From: a phage
Direction: 5' to 3' (one strand)
Sequence record: PZ386947.1
DNA: 64,000 bases
Position numbers and translations under genes: made by a program. Below the pieces are notes generated by a model. That model searched no databases and was not told where the DNA came from. It saw only the letters and a list, made by a program, of their open reading frames with translations. Shown here one piece after another: positions 29,177 to 38,852 of the stretch. Position 1 is the first letter of the stretch; the number at the start of each line of letters is the position of its first letter.

Positions 29177-29903
29177 TCAATCGATGATAATTAGATTTTG
29201 GATATCCTAATTTACTTATATAAGTTCCGAATGACCCACGTTTAGGTCTATTTAATTTAATCCATAACTTATAAAGTAAGTCATAGTCTTGCCAATGTTT
29301 ACCAGTTCTTTGTCTAATTTTAGATGAATTTGATTGTTTCTTTTTAGTTTCAAAATTATTCAAAGATTTTTTGACTGCAGCAGAGTGTTTTTCTTTAACT
29401 CCCGGTCGTTTAAAAGCAGCTTTCACCCCTTTAGATATTTTTTCTTTAACTTCCGGTTTGTTTTGTGCTTCTAACTGGGATTCTGAAATTTTAGCCCTTA
29501 TTTCAGGAAGACTTAATGTTATCGAACGTTTTTCTCTGTATTCATTAGACTTCCACATTTCTTTCATTGTATTAGAATGTATTTTTGAAAATTTTTCTCT
29601 AACTAACTGATATCCTCTTGAAGTTAATTTGAGATTTCTTCCTAAAGAATCTTCTCCAAAATTATAAAATGACCACCATGCATAAATTAATCCAGGCGAA
29701 TTATAATGAATTTTAGCTAAAAGCCAATGGGCTATAAAATGCTCTCTAGCTGTTAATAAAACTAGATTATCAGAATCATCATTACCACCAATACAAGATG
29801 GAATAATATGATGCTTTTCCGTATAAAAATTTAATTTAGATTTATCTAATTTTCTGAGTTTTCCTTTCTTAATTAAATTATTATATACTTTAGTATAATT
29901 CAT
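29124..29903 (-). CDS. HNH homing endonuclease, MobD-like, with NUMOD-like repeats
   Basis: 259 aa; EKHHIIPSCIGG...NLVLLTAREHFIAHWLLAK; repeated basic motifs; position matches T4 mobD after the nrdC cluster. Confidence 0.85.
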   Translation of the reverse strand: MNYTKVYNNLIKKGKLRKLDKSKLNFYTEKHHIIPSCIGGNDDSDNLVLLTAREHFIAHWLLAKIHYNSPGLIYAWWSFYNFGEDSLGRNLKLTSRGYQLVREKFSKIHSNTMKEMWKSNEYREKRSITLSLPEIRAKISESQLEAQNKPEVKEKISKGVKAAFKRPGVKEKHSAAVKKSLNNFETKKKQSNSSKIRQRTGKHWQDYDLLYKLWIKLNRPKRGSFGTYISKLGYPKSNYHRLIVQFNEDYERSNNENCS

Positions 29904-29977
29904 TGGTTTTTCGTCTCATTTAATTTTGCTTTGCATTTATAACACATGTCTGTTCCACTTGAAATAAACATATTTCC

Positions 29978-30535
29978 TCACTTTGAAATCATAGTTGGAA
30001 TGACAGAATCAAGATAAGTCTTTAGTGCAATAGCTTCGTCTTTGGTAAATGTGACAATATGTGCTCGAAAATCATCAATTTGACGAATAGTTAAGACATC
30101 TCCATCTTCATAACATTTTGATACGTTTAAAACAGTTTCATCATTCTGATTGCAAGCGTTAGTAATAATAGCATTGCAATTTTTAAACCATTTTAAACTA
30201 TGTTTTCTTTCATTAGAATAATAAAAATATTTAATCTTATCTATAAAACTATCCCAATGGATAACTGATAAACACATTGACTCACTTTTAATATTAAATC
30301 CTGGGCATGAAGAATAAAAATGAATTTTGTGCTCATCATTGATGCTTACTATTTTATCAGTATAAGGATATTCAATTTGGGTTAAATGAATGATTTCACT
30401 AGGCGTAAAATATAGCATATCGTCTTCTTGTGTCAAACGATACATATTATTTACTTTTTCTATAGCTAATTCACCAAAAAGCGGACTAACTTCTAATACT
30501 AATCGTTTCATATTGATTCTCTTCGACTCACTCAC
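29978..30535 (-). CDS. hypothetical protein
   Basis: 185 aa ORF. Confidence 0.55.
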   Translation of the reverse strand: MSESKRINMKRLVLEVSPLFGELAIEKVNNMYRLTQEDDMLYFTPSEIIHLTQIEYPYTDKIVSINDEHKIHFYSSCPGFNIKSESMCLSVIHWDSFIDKIKYFYYSNERKHSLKWFKNCNAIITNACNQNDETVLNVSKCYEDGDVLTIRQIDDFRAHIVTFTKDEAIALKTYLDSVIPTMISK

Positions 30536-30865
30536 AATTACATACTCCTTTGAATAATATCAATAATGTTGTTCACCAGATTATAAGTAAACATTGGATA
30601 ATTATATTGAATCATCACATACACAACAAACAAAACTTTCATTCTCTTCTCCTTGGAAGTTGACAAGATTACTATACCATAACCTTGCCAACTTGTAAAC
30701 CATTAAATGGCGTTTTCAATAAAATTCTGAAGCTTTGTGTGAGCATCAACCATGATTTTCATTTCTTCTTTGGCGAAAGCTGTACCTCTTTCCCGAGAAG
30801 AACATTCATAGTCAGAAACTGCATTAGCATATTCTTCAATTAGTTTCATTAAAAACATCTGCTTT

Positions 30866-31060
30866 TCAGTTTTCATTATTCCACCTAATCATTTCAAGAT
30901 ATTGAACTAACTTAGCTTTAGATTTATCCAAATCCTTTTTAGCTGCTTCTATACCATCGTATGAATATCCTTCACAATGCTCAACTGCTAATTGATATGA
31001 ATCTATTTCAATATCACGTGCTAATTTAATGATTTTTTCAAACTGTTCGCGTGTTAGCAT
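30866..31060 (-). CDS. hypothetical protein
   Basis: 64 aa ORF. Confidence 0.45.
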   Translation of the reverse strand: MLTREQFEKIIKLARDIEIDSYQLAVEHCEGYSYDGIEAAKKDLDKSKAKLVQYLEMIRWNNEN

Positions 31061-31062
31061 AC

Positions 31063-31266
31063 TTACACTCTCGTATTATGATCGATAATTTCATCAAGAA
31101 ACATATCTAACGCTTCTATAGCATTATCCACTTTAGTTTCAAAGTCTTTAATGCCTTTATTCGAAATACCCGATGAATACCAAGCAAAGTCAATCAGCTC
31201 TTCATCTGCTTTACGAATTGAAGCCACTAATTCCTTGATTTTATCTGCTTGCTCTATACTAATCAT
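31063..31266 (-). CDS. hypothetical protein
   Basis: ORF track 31063..31302; trimmed to [11 protein letters not shown]. Confidence 0.45.
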   Translation of the reverse strand: MISIEQADKIKELVASIRKADEELIDFAWYSSGISNKGIKDFETKVDNAIEALDMFLDEIIDHNTRV

Positions 31267-31454
31267 TATTCCACCACATATGACAGAGAGAATATTGCAC
31301 ACGCCATGTGAGTTGCAACTTCATCACACATATCATAACGTTTCTTAAGAAGTTCTACAAGTTCTTCACTAGTGACTTCATCCATGTCGACGAAAAAATC
31401 ACCATTAATGATGACATAGATATTTCCTTCTTGATTAAGTGCTTCAATTTTCAT
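31266..31454 (-). CDS. hypothetical acidic protein
   Basis: ORF track 31266..31499; start MKIEALNQ with AGGAG RBS. Confidence 0.5.
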   Translation of the reverse strand: MKIEALNQEGNIYVIINGDFFVDMDEVTSEELVELLKKRYDMCDEVATHMACAIFSLSYVVE

Positions 31455-31482
31455 GATGTTCTCCTCTTTATCCGATGGTTGT

Positions 31483-31512
31483 ATAGTACCACAGCTCAAA
31501 CGGAAAGTAAAC
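31483..31512 (-). promoter_or_regulatory. T4-type early promoter
   Basis: Minus strand GTTTAC, spacer, TACTAT. Confidence 0.6.
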
Positions 31513-31528
31513 CGGTAAAATGAAAAAA

Positions 31529-31544
31529 GTCTCCCGAAGGAGAC
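31529..31544 (-). terminator. rho-independent terminator
   Basis: Hairpin GTCTCC-CGAA-GGAGAC followed on the minus strand by TTTTTTCATTTT, after the 31550..31936 stop. Confidence 0.65.
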
Positions 31545-31549
31545 TAATG

Positions 31550-31936
31550 TTATTCGAGGGAAAGAAGATACTTACTCTGGTAAAACATTCCAGTAATATC
31601 ATCTATCGTGCTTTGGATGGCTGGAGGCATTTCTTTATAAATGCTGTTAGATTGGTCTAGTATGTGATCAATCATTCTAATTGTGTCGGTAGGAAGTTTA
31701 CTAGCATCTGGAATTGAAGGTGTGTATTTTCTACCAGAATACCCCAAATATTGCTCACCAAATTTATCAATCAAATCTGGCAACTCGGAGAAAATAAAAT
31801 CGTATGCTTTGTGTCTAGCATAACTTTTAGTTTCAAAATGTGCAGAATGAAAATAAGCTTGTGCAGCCATTAATAAACCTAAGTATTCATCTGCCTTTGA
31901 AGGTTTTCCACTTTGTGAAAAGTCGCTGAATTTCAT
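31550..31936 (-). CDS. hypothetical protein (rI.-1-like)
   Basis: 128 aa ORF immediately downstream of rI. Confidence 0.55.
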   Translation of the reverse strand: MKFSDFSQSGKPSKADEYLGLLMAAQAYFHSAHFETKSYARHKAYDFIFSELPDLIDKFGEQYLGYSGRKYTPSIPDASKLPTDTIRMIDHILDQSNSIYKEMPPAIQSTIDDITGMFYQSKYLLSLE

Positions 31937-32226
31937 TCAGTCTCCAATTTAATGTTCATAATTCTAGCGTATGATTGTGCCATCTCCGCGCCTCGCTCTA
32001 TACATTCAAAATCGGAAGAGCACGGGTCATTTTTATAAGTCGTTCGCATAAAACTATAGAACTGTTCAGATGATTCTACGCTTTTGTTTTCAAAAAGCAT
32101 ATAAACGTGTCTAATACCAGATTCCATAAATTTATCAAAATGAGGATCGACATTCGCTTCAATTGGTGGAGATAAAGCAAACGCTAATCCTAGCATGGCA
32201 AATAGTGCCGTTGCTTTTAAGGCCAT
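31933..32226 (-). CDS. rI: lysis inhibition regulator rI (antiholin)
   Basis: 97 aa with N-terminal signal-anchor MALKATALFAMLGLAFALSPPIEA; size and position as T4 rI. Confidence 0.85.
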   Translation of the reverse strand: MALKATALFAMLGLAFALSPPIEANVDPHFDKFMESGIRHVYMLFENKSVESSEQFYSFMRTTYKNDPCSSDFECIERGAEMAQSYARIMNIKLETE

Positions 32227-32238
32227 AAAGGCCTCCTA

Positions 32239-32451
32239 TCATTTTTGTCCTGTATTTACTTTATGCCGATGCACGGCCTTAACTTTATCAAGGTATTTTT
32301 CAAAATTTCGCAATCTAGTATAGTCTGCCGGAGATTGGTTGAGTGATACTTCTCGACGCAAAGCTGAAATGATATTTCCAACTTCCCTACGAATTTCATC
32401 TAATTGAAGAACAGTAAGATTGCGAAGTTGCTTTTCAGTTAATTGTAGCAT
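32239..32451 (-). CDS. hypothetical protein
   Basis: 70 aa ORF. Confidence 0.5.
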
Positions 32452-32493
32452 ATATACCCCTTTAGTTAGATAAACCTATTTATAACTTTTGCA

Positions 32494-33075
32494 CTAACCG
32501 AGCTTTTTAGTTAATTCATTCCAATGTTTTCTACACAAAGAAACATAAATTTCATCACCAATACAGATTTGATTACCTTCTTTAACTGGTGTTCCATCTT
32601 CCATTAATCGAGCTGTCATAATAGCTTTTTTACCACAATGACAAACTGCCTTTAGTTCAATAAGTTTATCTGCAATCGCCAAAAGTTCTTTAGAACCTTC
32701 AAATAATTTTCCAGCGAAATCAGTCCTTAGCCCATAAGCCATAACAGGAACATTATATGTATCAACAATTCGACTTAATTGATGCACCTGTTTAGTTTTT
32801 AAAAACTGAGCTTCATCTACAAATACACAATGAATATCTTTTTGTGCTTCAGCCCATTTATAGAACTCAAAAATATCCATATCATCCGTAATAATATTCG
32901 CTTCCTGCTTAATTCCAATGCGAGAAACGACTTCACAGACAGAATCACGAGTATCAATAGCAGGCTTAAGAACTAATACACCCATTCCGCGTTCTTTATA
33001 ATTATGTGCAGCAGTCAAAAGAGAAGCAGATTTTCCAGCATTCATTGCTGCGTAAGTAAAAATTAAACTCGCCAT
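32494..33075 (-). CDS. tk: thymidine kinase
   Basis: 193 aa; P-loop AAMNAGKSASLL, zinc ribbon CHCG...C; matches T4 Tk. Confidence 0.95.
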   Translation of the reverse strand: MASLIFTYAAMNAGKSASLLTAAHNYKERGMGVLVLKPAIDTRDSVCEVVSRIGIKQEANIITDDMDIFEFYKWAEAQKDIHCVFVDEAQFLKTKQVHQLSRIVDTYNVPVMAYGLRTDFAGKLFEGSKELLAIADKLIELKAVCHCGKKAIMTARLMEDGTPVKEGNQICIGDEIYVSLCRKHWNELTKKLG

Positions 33076-33084
33076 ATCACCTTC

Positions 33085-33270
33085 TTAAAGCGTATTCACA
33101 TAAGCTATTAATTCGTTTTCTTTCTTATCAAACCGATCAGCAAATTCTTCTTGCTGATCGGGAGATAGCGGGCCGTATTCATCATAAAAGGTGTTTGCTT
33201 CTGTATGCTCATCTAGAAGTTCATGGATAAGCTCAAACAATTTATCTTTTTGTTCTTTACTCAGACTCAT
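33085..33270 (-). CDS. hypothetical acidic protein
   Basis: 61 aa ORF. Confidence 0.45.
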   Translation of the reverse strand: MSLSKEQKDKLFELIHELLDEHTEANTFYDEYGPLSPDQQEEFADRFDKKENELIAYVNTL

Positions 33271-33436
33271 ATATTAATTTCCAGGAGTTTTAAAATAATT
33301 CGCTTTTGCTTAAATATTTCCATAGTTAAATGACCAGTATCTTTTTGACCGATTCCAATGGCAAAACCTTTATTGACAGCGAGTTCAATTAAATTATCAA
33401 GCTCACGTAACACTTCATATTGTAACTCAAAACTAT

Positions 33437-33664
33437 TCATTTCGGTTTACCTTCTTTAACGAAATCAGGATAAGGATAAAATCCTGAATAAAATCCTTCA
33501 CCTTTATGATTGATGCATCCTTTATTAGAACAATAGCACCAATAATCGAAATCACAAGCCATTTCATCATTACATAAAGCAAAAACAACTGGCCATTCAC
33601 ACTTTTCGCAGTGGGCATTTTTAAGAATACTGGTTTGGCTCATAACCATGTAACCTTTAAACAA
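33437..33664 (-). CDS. cysteine-rich small protein (putative zinc-binding)
   Basis: 75 aa with CEKCEWP...C..C.C; the overlapping 33433..33618 frame is rejected. Confidence 0.5.
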   Translation of the reverse strand: MFKGYMVMSQTSILKNAHCEKCEWPVVFALCNDEMACDFDYWCYCSNKGCINHKGEGFYSGFYPYPDFVKEGKPK

Positions 33665-33852
33665 TATTCTTCTACATGTTGTTTACGACCTTTCCTATCA
33701 ATAAAGGTATATTCAACGAATGTTCCAATATAGTCTTTATCTACATCATGTGGACTATTAATTGGGCATTTAGTACGGCAAATGCGTTCCCATTGACGAA
33801 TAATTTCCACTTTGTTTTTAGGATCAAACGGATGCGGGTAATGTACTTTCAT
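33640..33852 (-). CDS. hypothetical protein
   Basis: 70 aa ORF. Confidence 0.45.
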   Translation of the reverse strand: MKVHYPHPFDPKNKVEIIRQWERICRTKCPINSPHDVDKDYIGTFVEYTFIDRKGRKQHVEEYCLKVTWL

Positions 33853-34303
33853 AATCCACCACTATTAAATCAATATCAGGAGTAAACATGTCGATTAATT
33901 TAGAAACCTTATCCCAATCGCCGCCAGCAATACCGCAACCTATGCGTGGAATGTAAATTACTGGTTTAAACAAAAGGGTTTCTGCCTGTAGATTTAATTC
34001 TATCATGCAGTTTACTAAAGCACCATAATCAAGATTAGGACCCGGTTCGTATTGTGTATACAGGTTATAGCATATACCAAATCCCGTAGGACTATGTTTA
34101 AAAACAATAGACATATCGCCTAATTTATCACGAGAACCGTACTCGGTAGTGGTTTTATCTATTTCTAAAATTTTGGGATAGGCTCTTGCTAATTGACCCG
34201 CTACGCCAGAGCCCATTGTGTGGAAGCAATTGCACCCGTGCGCAATAATATTACCTTGAAGAAATAGGGCGACAATATCGCCCTTGATATATTTTACAAT
34301 CAT
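33824..34303 (-). CDS. macro-domain protein (ADP-ribose binding/processing)
   Basis: 159 aa; macro-domain-like motifs IVKYIKGDI, AHGCNC, MGSGVAGQL, GCGIAGG. Confidence 0.7.
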   Translation of the reverse strand: MIVKYIKGDIVALFLQGNIIAHGCNCFHTMGSGVAGQLARAYPKILEIDKTTTEYGSRDKLGDMSIVFKHSPTGFGICYNLYTQYEPGPNLDYGALVNCMIELNLQAETLLFKPVIYIPRIGCGIAGGDWDKVSKLIDMFTPDIDLIVVDYESTLPASV

Positions 34304-34641
34304 CTAGTACTCAATCCTCGATTATAAGAATCTACTAAACGGTCAACCATTGAATGACAAGCGGCTTTATCTTTCTCCTCCGCAACTGAACATTCTAAAG
34401 TATTCCACTTTTTAGCATATCGTTTTAACAATGTATCATTTTTATATCTGCTTGATTTATCTCTTTCTCCGTCTTTATATGCATATATTAATTTCTGCGC
34501 AAATTCAGCTTGGCATGCTTTATTTTTCCCACAATAATCCGCGGCAGTACGGTTTACATACTCTCTAATTTCAGTATATGATGTATCTGCTAACGCAGAA
34601 AATGAAATTAATCCTATACATAAAACCAAAATTTTAGTCAT
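34300..34641 (-). CDS. secreted small protein
   Basis: 113 aa with signal peptide MTKILVLCIGLISFSALA. Confidence 0.5.
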   Translation of the reverse strand: MTKILVLCIGLISFSALADTSYTEIREYVNRTAADYCGKNKACQAEFAQKLIYAYKDGERDKSSRYKNDTLLKRYAKKWNTLECSVAEEKDKAACHSMVDRLVDSYNRGLSTR

Positions 34642-35179
34642 TTACTATTTCCAAAAGTTTATTATTTTTAAGGTAATTAGCCTTTTCTAGGACTTCAGAA
34701 GCATATTTAGAACCAGCTTTAACATTCCATCCCGAATTATAAGAGGATATTGCTTTTCTTATATCGCCCTTATGTATATTTAACCAATAAGAAAGTTCAA
34801 TGTACGCCCAGGAAGCTGAATTGGATCGTTTATTCAACATTCTTTTTATTTCAGCATCGGTCATATTATAACCAAGTTCCTTAACTCTTGCTCGCATAGT
34901 AGGCAAATAATTTTGGAACATTCCATAAGCGTGATGCTTTGGTTTAGATTTTAAATTAACTCCGCCAGAGCTTTCTTGCCATAAAATAGCAGCCATTATA
35001 TGACCTAATCCGCTCTTGTGGATATTTTTGTGTGTTTTATATTTTCCATCCTTAGAAAATTGTTCCCCGAATTGATACGCGTAACGCATGTTATCGAGTT
35101 GGACATTACTGAAAGTATGCTCGGAGCTATGTGCCATCATTGAAATGGCCAATAGACCAGCGAGTAGTGCTTTTCTCAT
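34634..35179 (-). CDS. secreted lytic transglycosylase-like protein (SLT domain)
   Basis: 181 aa; signal peptide MRKALLAGLLAISMMAHS; SLT-like catalytic region WQESSGG...AYGMFQ. Confidence 0.6.
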   Translation of the reverse strand: MRKALLAGLLAISMMAHSSEHTFSNVQLDNMRYAYQFGEQFSKDGKYKTHKNIHKSGLGHIMAAILWQESSGGVNLKSKPKHHAYGMFQNYLPTMRARVKELGYNMTDAEIKRMLNKRSNSASWAYIELSYWLNIHKGDIRKAISSYNSGWNVKAGSKYASEVLEKANYLKNNKLLEIVND

Positions 35180-35186
35180 GCTTACC

Positions 35187-35648
35187 TCATTGAGTTTTAA
35201 TTACTGCTTTAGAAGCCTTTCCTGGTAAACGACGACTGTTAATAATTGCCATCCTACATTGAAGTGACGGGTCTTTGAACTTCGCATTAGGTTTACAAAC
35301 TGTAAATCCAAGCCAAAGATTTCCATCTGTGATTTCTAAACGTCCAGGACGGTATTCAACCCCATCAATAAAATCCTCGTCAATGTCAGGACGCGGAGGC
35401 ATACTCAGGAATTCATTAACTTCTAAAACATGGTCTTTTATTTTGTGGAATAATTCAAAAACATATGTCTCATCAATCTCCCGTTGAATTGCACGATCAA
35501 GAAGATGCTGAGAATATTTTAGATGAAACGATGAGACCCCTGCTGCTTTTGATGCCTCACGAATCTCATTGTTAATTTGACGAAACTCCGACTCAAAGTG
35601 ACGACGAAGCTTATTTCGACGGATAAAAACTTCTGTGTTGATAGTCAT
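35187..35648 (-). CDS. regB: endoribonuclease RegB
   Basis: 153 aa; MTINTEVFIRRNKLRRHFESEFRQINNEIREASKAAGVSSFHLKYSQHLLDR... matches T4 RegB. Confidence 0.93.
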   Translation of the reverse strand: MTINTEVFIRRNKLRRHFESEFRQINNEIREASKAAGVSSFHLKYSQHLLDRAIQREIDETYVFELFHKIKDHVLEVNEFLSMPPRPDIDEDFIDGVEYRPGRLEITDGNLWLGFTVCKPNAKFKDPSLQCRMAIINSRRLPGKASKAVIKTQ

Positions 35649-35674
35649 GTTATTCTCCTCTTAACTGATAGAAA

Positions 35675-35704
35675 AATTATACCACAGTCAAGAGGAAAAG
35701 TAAA
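35675..35704 (-). promoter_or_regulatory. T4-type early promoter upstream of regB
   Basis: Minus strand TTTACT, 17 nt, TATAAT. Confidence 0.6.
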
Positions 35705-35707
35705 CAG

Positions 35708-36028
35708 TTATTCTTTAAATCTAATCAATTTATTCATAGACTTTGAAACTTCTGCACGGACCTCATGAAGGTTTTTGAGCTGTTCAAGACGTTGCTCATA
35801 GTAAGCAATTTCATCTTCTTCAAGACAGTCCTGTGAATCTTCTTTAAGATAACGTGCATAGTCCTGAAAAGCTTTACGGACTACTTCCTGGAAGTCATCA
35901 AGACTTTGAATTTTCTTAGGAGCAGCAGACACACGACGAGGGGCAGTATAATACTCATAACCAAACCCTGCGCTTAATTGAGCCATTAGTATTTTTCCTC
36001 TGGTTGGAACACAGCACGACAAGCCCAC
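35708..36028 (-). CDS. hypothetical protein
   Basis: 106 aa ORF. Confidence 0.5.
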   Translation of the reverse strand: MGLSCCVPTRGKILMAQLSAGFGYEYYTAPRRVSAAPKKIQSLDDFQEVVRKAFQDYARYLKEDSQDCLEEDEIAYYEQRLEQLKNLHEVRAEVSKSMNKLIRFKE

Positions 36029-36288
36029 ATACTGGCTTCTTTGAGTTTCGTTTTAGCAATAGCTAAATGATCGAGGCTTTCAGCGTAATTCTTCGCGAGT
36101 TCAAAGTCTTCGCAATTATCTAGTGCTTCCCAGAATTCATCATATAAAGCATCAAAGATAAGTCCTAAACGAACTTCAGCGTCTTTAATAGCATTTACTT
36201 TACCGATTTTTTCGTCGGTATGTGGCTTATAACCTTTAATATCTTCAATCATATTTGACTTCCTCACCAGTACATAAATCGTATTCAA
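35986..36288 (-). CDS. hypothetical protein
   Basis: 100 aa ORF. Confidence 0.5.
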   Translation of the reverse strand: MNTIYVLVRKSNMIEDIKGYKPHTDEKIGKVNAIKDAEVRLGLIFDALYDEFWEALDNCEDFELAKNYAESLDHLAIAKTKLKEASMWACRAVFQPEEKY

Positions 36289-36466
36289 CTAAACGAATAG
36301 GTTCATGAATGCCATATCCTTGAACAGAAATTTCTGTCGTAGGATAAATTCCATTAATATCACCCATGTTCCATGCTTCGTTAAATTGCTGTTCGCCTGA
36401 ATTACTAAACCACTCGGCGAAAGCATTTAGCACATCTTCAGAACCTTCAATAATTATCTTTGCCAT
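36245..36466 (-). CDS. hypothetical protein
   Basis: 73 aa ORF. Confidence 0.45.
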   Translation of the reverse strand: MAKIIIEGSEDVLNAFAEWFSNSGEQQFNEAWNMGDINGIYPTTEISVQGYGIHEPIRLVEYDLCTGEEVKYD

Positions 36467-36828
36467 TACAAACTCTCGGTGAAGGTACGAGCGATAACGT
36501 CGCGCTGCTGTTCCGGAGTCAGAGAGTTAAAGCGAACTGCATAACCGGATACACGGATGGTCAGCTGCGGATATTTTTCCGGATGCTTAACTGCATCTTC
36601 CAGAGTTTCACGACGCAGAACGTTAACGTTCAGGTGTTGACCACCTTCAATTTTAACTGTAGGCTGTTGCTCAATTTCAATTTCACGGGCATGCAAACCA
36701 TAGAAAATTTCTGGGTCTACAAAAGAGTCCTCTTTAAAGGTTTTAGAGACAATAATTCGTGCTTGAATACCATCTTCAAAATAAATAGTACCTTTATGTG
36801 TGCCTTCAAGAATTTGATATGCTTTCAT
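36466..36828 (-). CDS. autonomous glycyl radical cofactor (GrcA/YfiD-like)
   Basis: 120 aa; C-terminal 60 aa [59 protein letters not shown] carries the PFL-type glycyl radical motif RVSGY. The 3' half of the gene (about 36466-36660) is visibly more GC-rich than its surroundings. Confidence 0.85.
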   Translation of the reverse strand: MKAYQILEGTHKGTIYFEDGIQARIIVSKTFKEDSFVDPEIFYGLHAREIEIEQQPTVKIEGGQHLNVNVLRRETLEDAVKHPEKYPQLTIRVSGYAVRFNSLTPEQQRDVIARTFTESL

Positions 36829-36834
36829 ATAACC

Positions 36835-37215
36835 TCAATTAGAAAATAAATTTATCCAAGATTGTTCTTTAATTAAAAATGGCTCAGAATCATATGCCAT
36901 TAAACTCTGTGTGATTAGTCCTTTAAAAGGCCCATCAATAAATTCCATGGTAAAATATGGAATTTTATTCATTAGCCGTGCATTAGGAGCCGTGCACAAA
37001 ACTCTGCATCCTTTGAATACGCCTTTTTGTAATTTGTATTGCTTGGGATAAAATTCGCTCAAAATGTTATTTTTTGCCAAAATTTCAAAATGATTCACCA
37101 ATTTATTTTTAATAGTTTTTGGCGAAAAATAAAGATATTCGAAAAGCTGAGTGTCTGTCATCATTGCATTCCGATTACGAAAAACTGTGGACGAGTAATA
37201 CCACCAATGCAACAT
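36835..37215 (-). CDS. hypothetical protein
   Basis: 126 aa ORF. Confidence 0.45.
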   Translation of the reverse strand: MLHWWYYSSTVFRNRNAMMTDTQLFEYLYFSPKTIKNKLVNHFEILAKNNILSEFYPKQYKLQKGVFKGCRVLCTAPNARLMNKIPYFTMEFIDGPFKGLITQSLMAYDSEPFLIKEQSWINLFSN

Positions 37216-37748
37216 TTAATATTACAGCAGCAGTGTACAGTGTCAATATGGACACTATAAATCTTATCCATATCAGGAGATTTGACAGGCTCATCAATTA
37301 TATACAAAATTCGCGAAAGCGATAAACCTCTGAACTTGCTTCCTTTATTACCAATAAAACTGCGCACAGAATCAGTAAATAAACGAAAACGTATATCATC
37401 ATTAGAATAACGCGAAAATTCCTTTTTAATATTATCTGCGGAAATTTTAGCGTAAGCTGAAGTATTAGAAAGAACAATAACTGTTCCACCGTCATACAAC
37501 CAATTAGCGGCAAAATTAGTTACTGCAGTTGATTTACCAGATTGACGCCCACCATCTAGTCGAAGTGTACAATACTGTTTAAGTAAGTCTTCAAATGGCG
37601 GGATATATTCGTTTTTACAAATTTCTTCTACTCTAGCATCAGAATGGTGTGTAAAAGCATTCATCAGGGATAGATAAGGACCAGTTAAAAATGTTCTCAT
37701 TTTGTTCTCTCTAGGTTTGGGCCATTCCATGGCGCATGAATTGTCCAT
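37161..37748 (-). CDS. P-loop NTPase-like protein
   Basis: 195 aa ORF with Walker A-like GGRQSGKST and Walker B-like ILYIIDEP; start uncertain. Confidence 0.5.
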   Translation of the reverse strand: MDNSCAMEWPKPRENKMRTFLTGPYLSLMNAFTHHSDARVEEICKNEYIPPFEDLLKQYCTLRLDGGRQSGKSTAVTNFAANWLYDGGTVIVLSNTSAYAKISADNIKKEFSRYSNDDIRFRLFTDSVRSFIGNKGSKFRGLSLSRILYIIDEPVKSPDMDKIYSVHIDTVHCCCNIKCCIGGITRPQFFVIGMQ

Positions 37749-37845
37749 TTCTGTATTTACCCATTACCGCACTTGGGCTCGACCTTATTACAGGTTGGCG
37801 GGAATCCCTCACAGAATCATGAGGTCCAGGTTATTCCCATGTTAT

Positions 37846-38262
37846 TTAAATGTAAATATTTTTGCCGTAATACTTATACCAGTGTGGCTTCATTAAAATT
37901 TTTTCATCGAGTCGTTGTTGACTCAACTTAATAGCTGATTTGCATGGATTATAATCATTTTTCCATTCTACTGGAATATCGCTGATGTCAGGAACTTCAG
38001 TATCTTTTATACTGAACCCGCGTTTTAAGCATTCCGTTATAATGTCCGATTGACGCTTTCGCAAAAATTCTAACTTATCGTAAAAGAAAGTAACATGACC
38101 AGAACCTAAAATAAATTTAGAAGATATTTTAAAATCTTTAACGCGCTTACCGTTTGCCACATGCTTACGAACTATACCAAAAACACGCGGCAATTCACGG
38201 TATTCTGCGATTAAATGTTGATCAGCAAGTTCAGATACTAAAGTCAAATTAATACGAGTCAT
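37846..38262 (-). CDS. denV: endonuclease V (pyrimidine dimer glycosylase)
   Basis: 138 aa; [44 protein letters not shown]... matches T4 DenV. Confidence 0.95.
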   Translation of the reverse strand: MTRINLTLVSELADQHLIAEYRELPRVFGIVRKHVANGKRVKDFKISSKFILGSGHVTFFYDKLEFLRKRQSDIITECLKRGFSIKDTEVPDISDIPVEWKNDYNPCKSAIKLSQQRLDEKILMKPHWYKYYGKNIYI

Positions 38263-38287
38263 TTTATCCCTCCAAGTAACTGTGAAT

Positions 38288-38316
38288 ATACTATCACAAT
38301 TCTAGGAGAAAGTAAA
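38288..38316 (-). promoter_or_regulatory. T4-type early promoter upstream of denV
   Basis: Minus strand GTTTACT, 17 nt, TAGTAT. Confidence 0.55.
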
Positions 38317-38321
38317 CAACT

Positions 38322-38852
<531 letters not shown>

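Noticed and set aside
30704-30877. Possible small gene in the 330-bp gap between 29978..30535 and 30866..31060
   Set aside because: My first by-eye translation suggested a 57-aa ORF, but codon-by-codon checking showed an in-frame stop; no ORF of meaningful length.
33433-33618. 61-aa minus-strand ORF
   Set aside because: Alternative frame of the cysteine-rich ORF 33437..33664; hydrophobic low-complexity translation.
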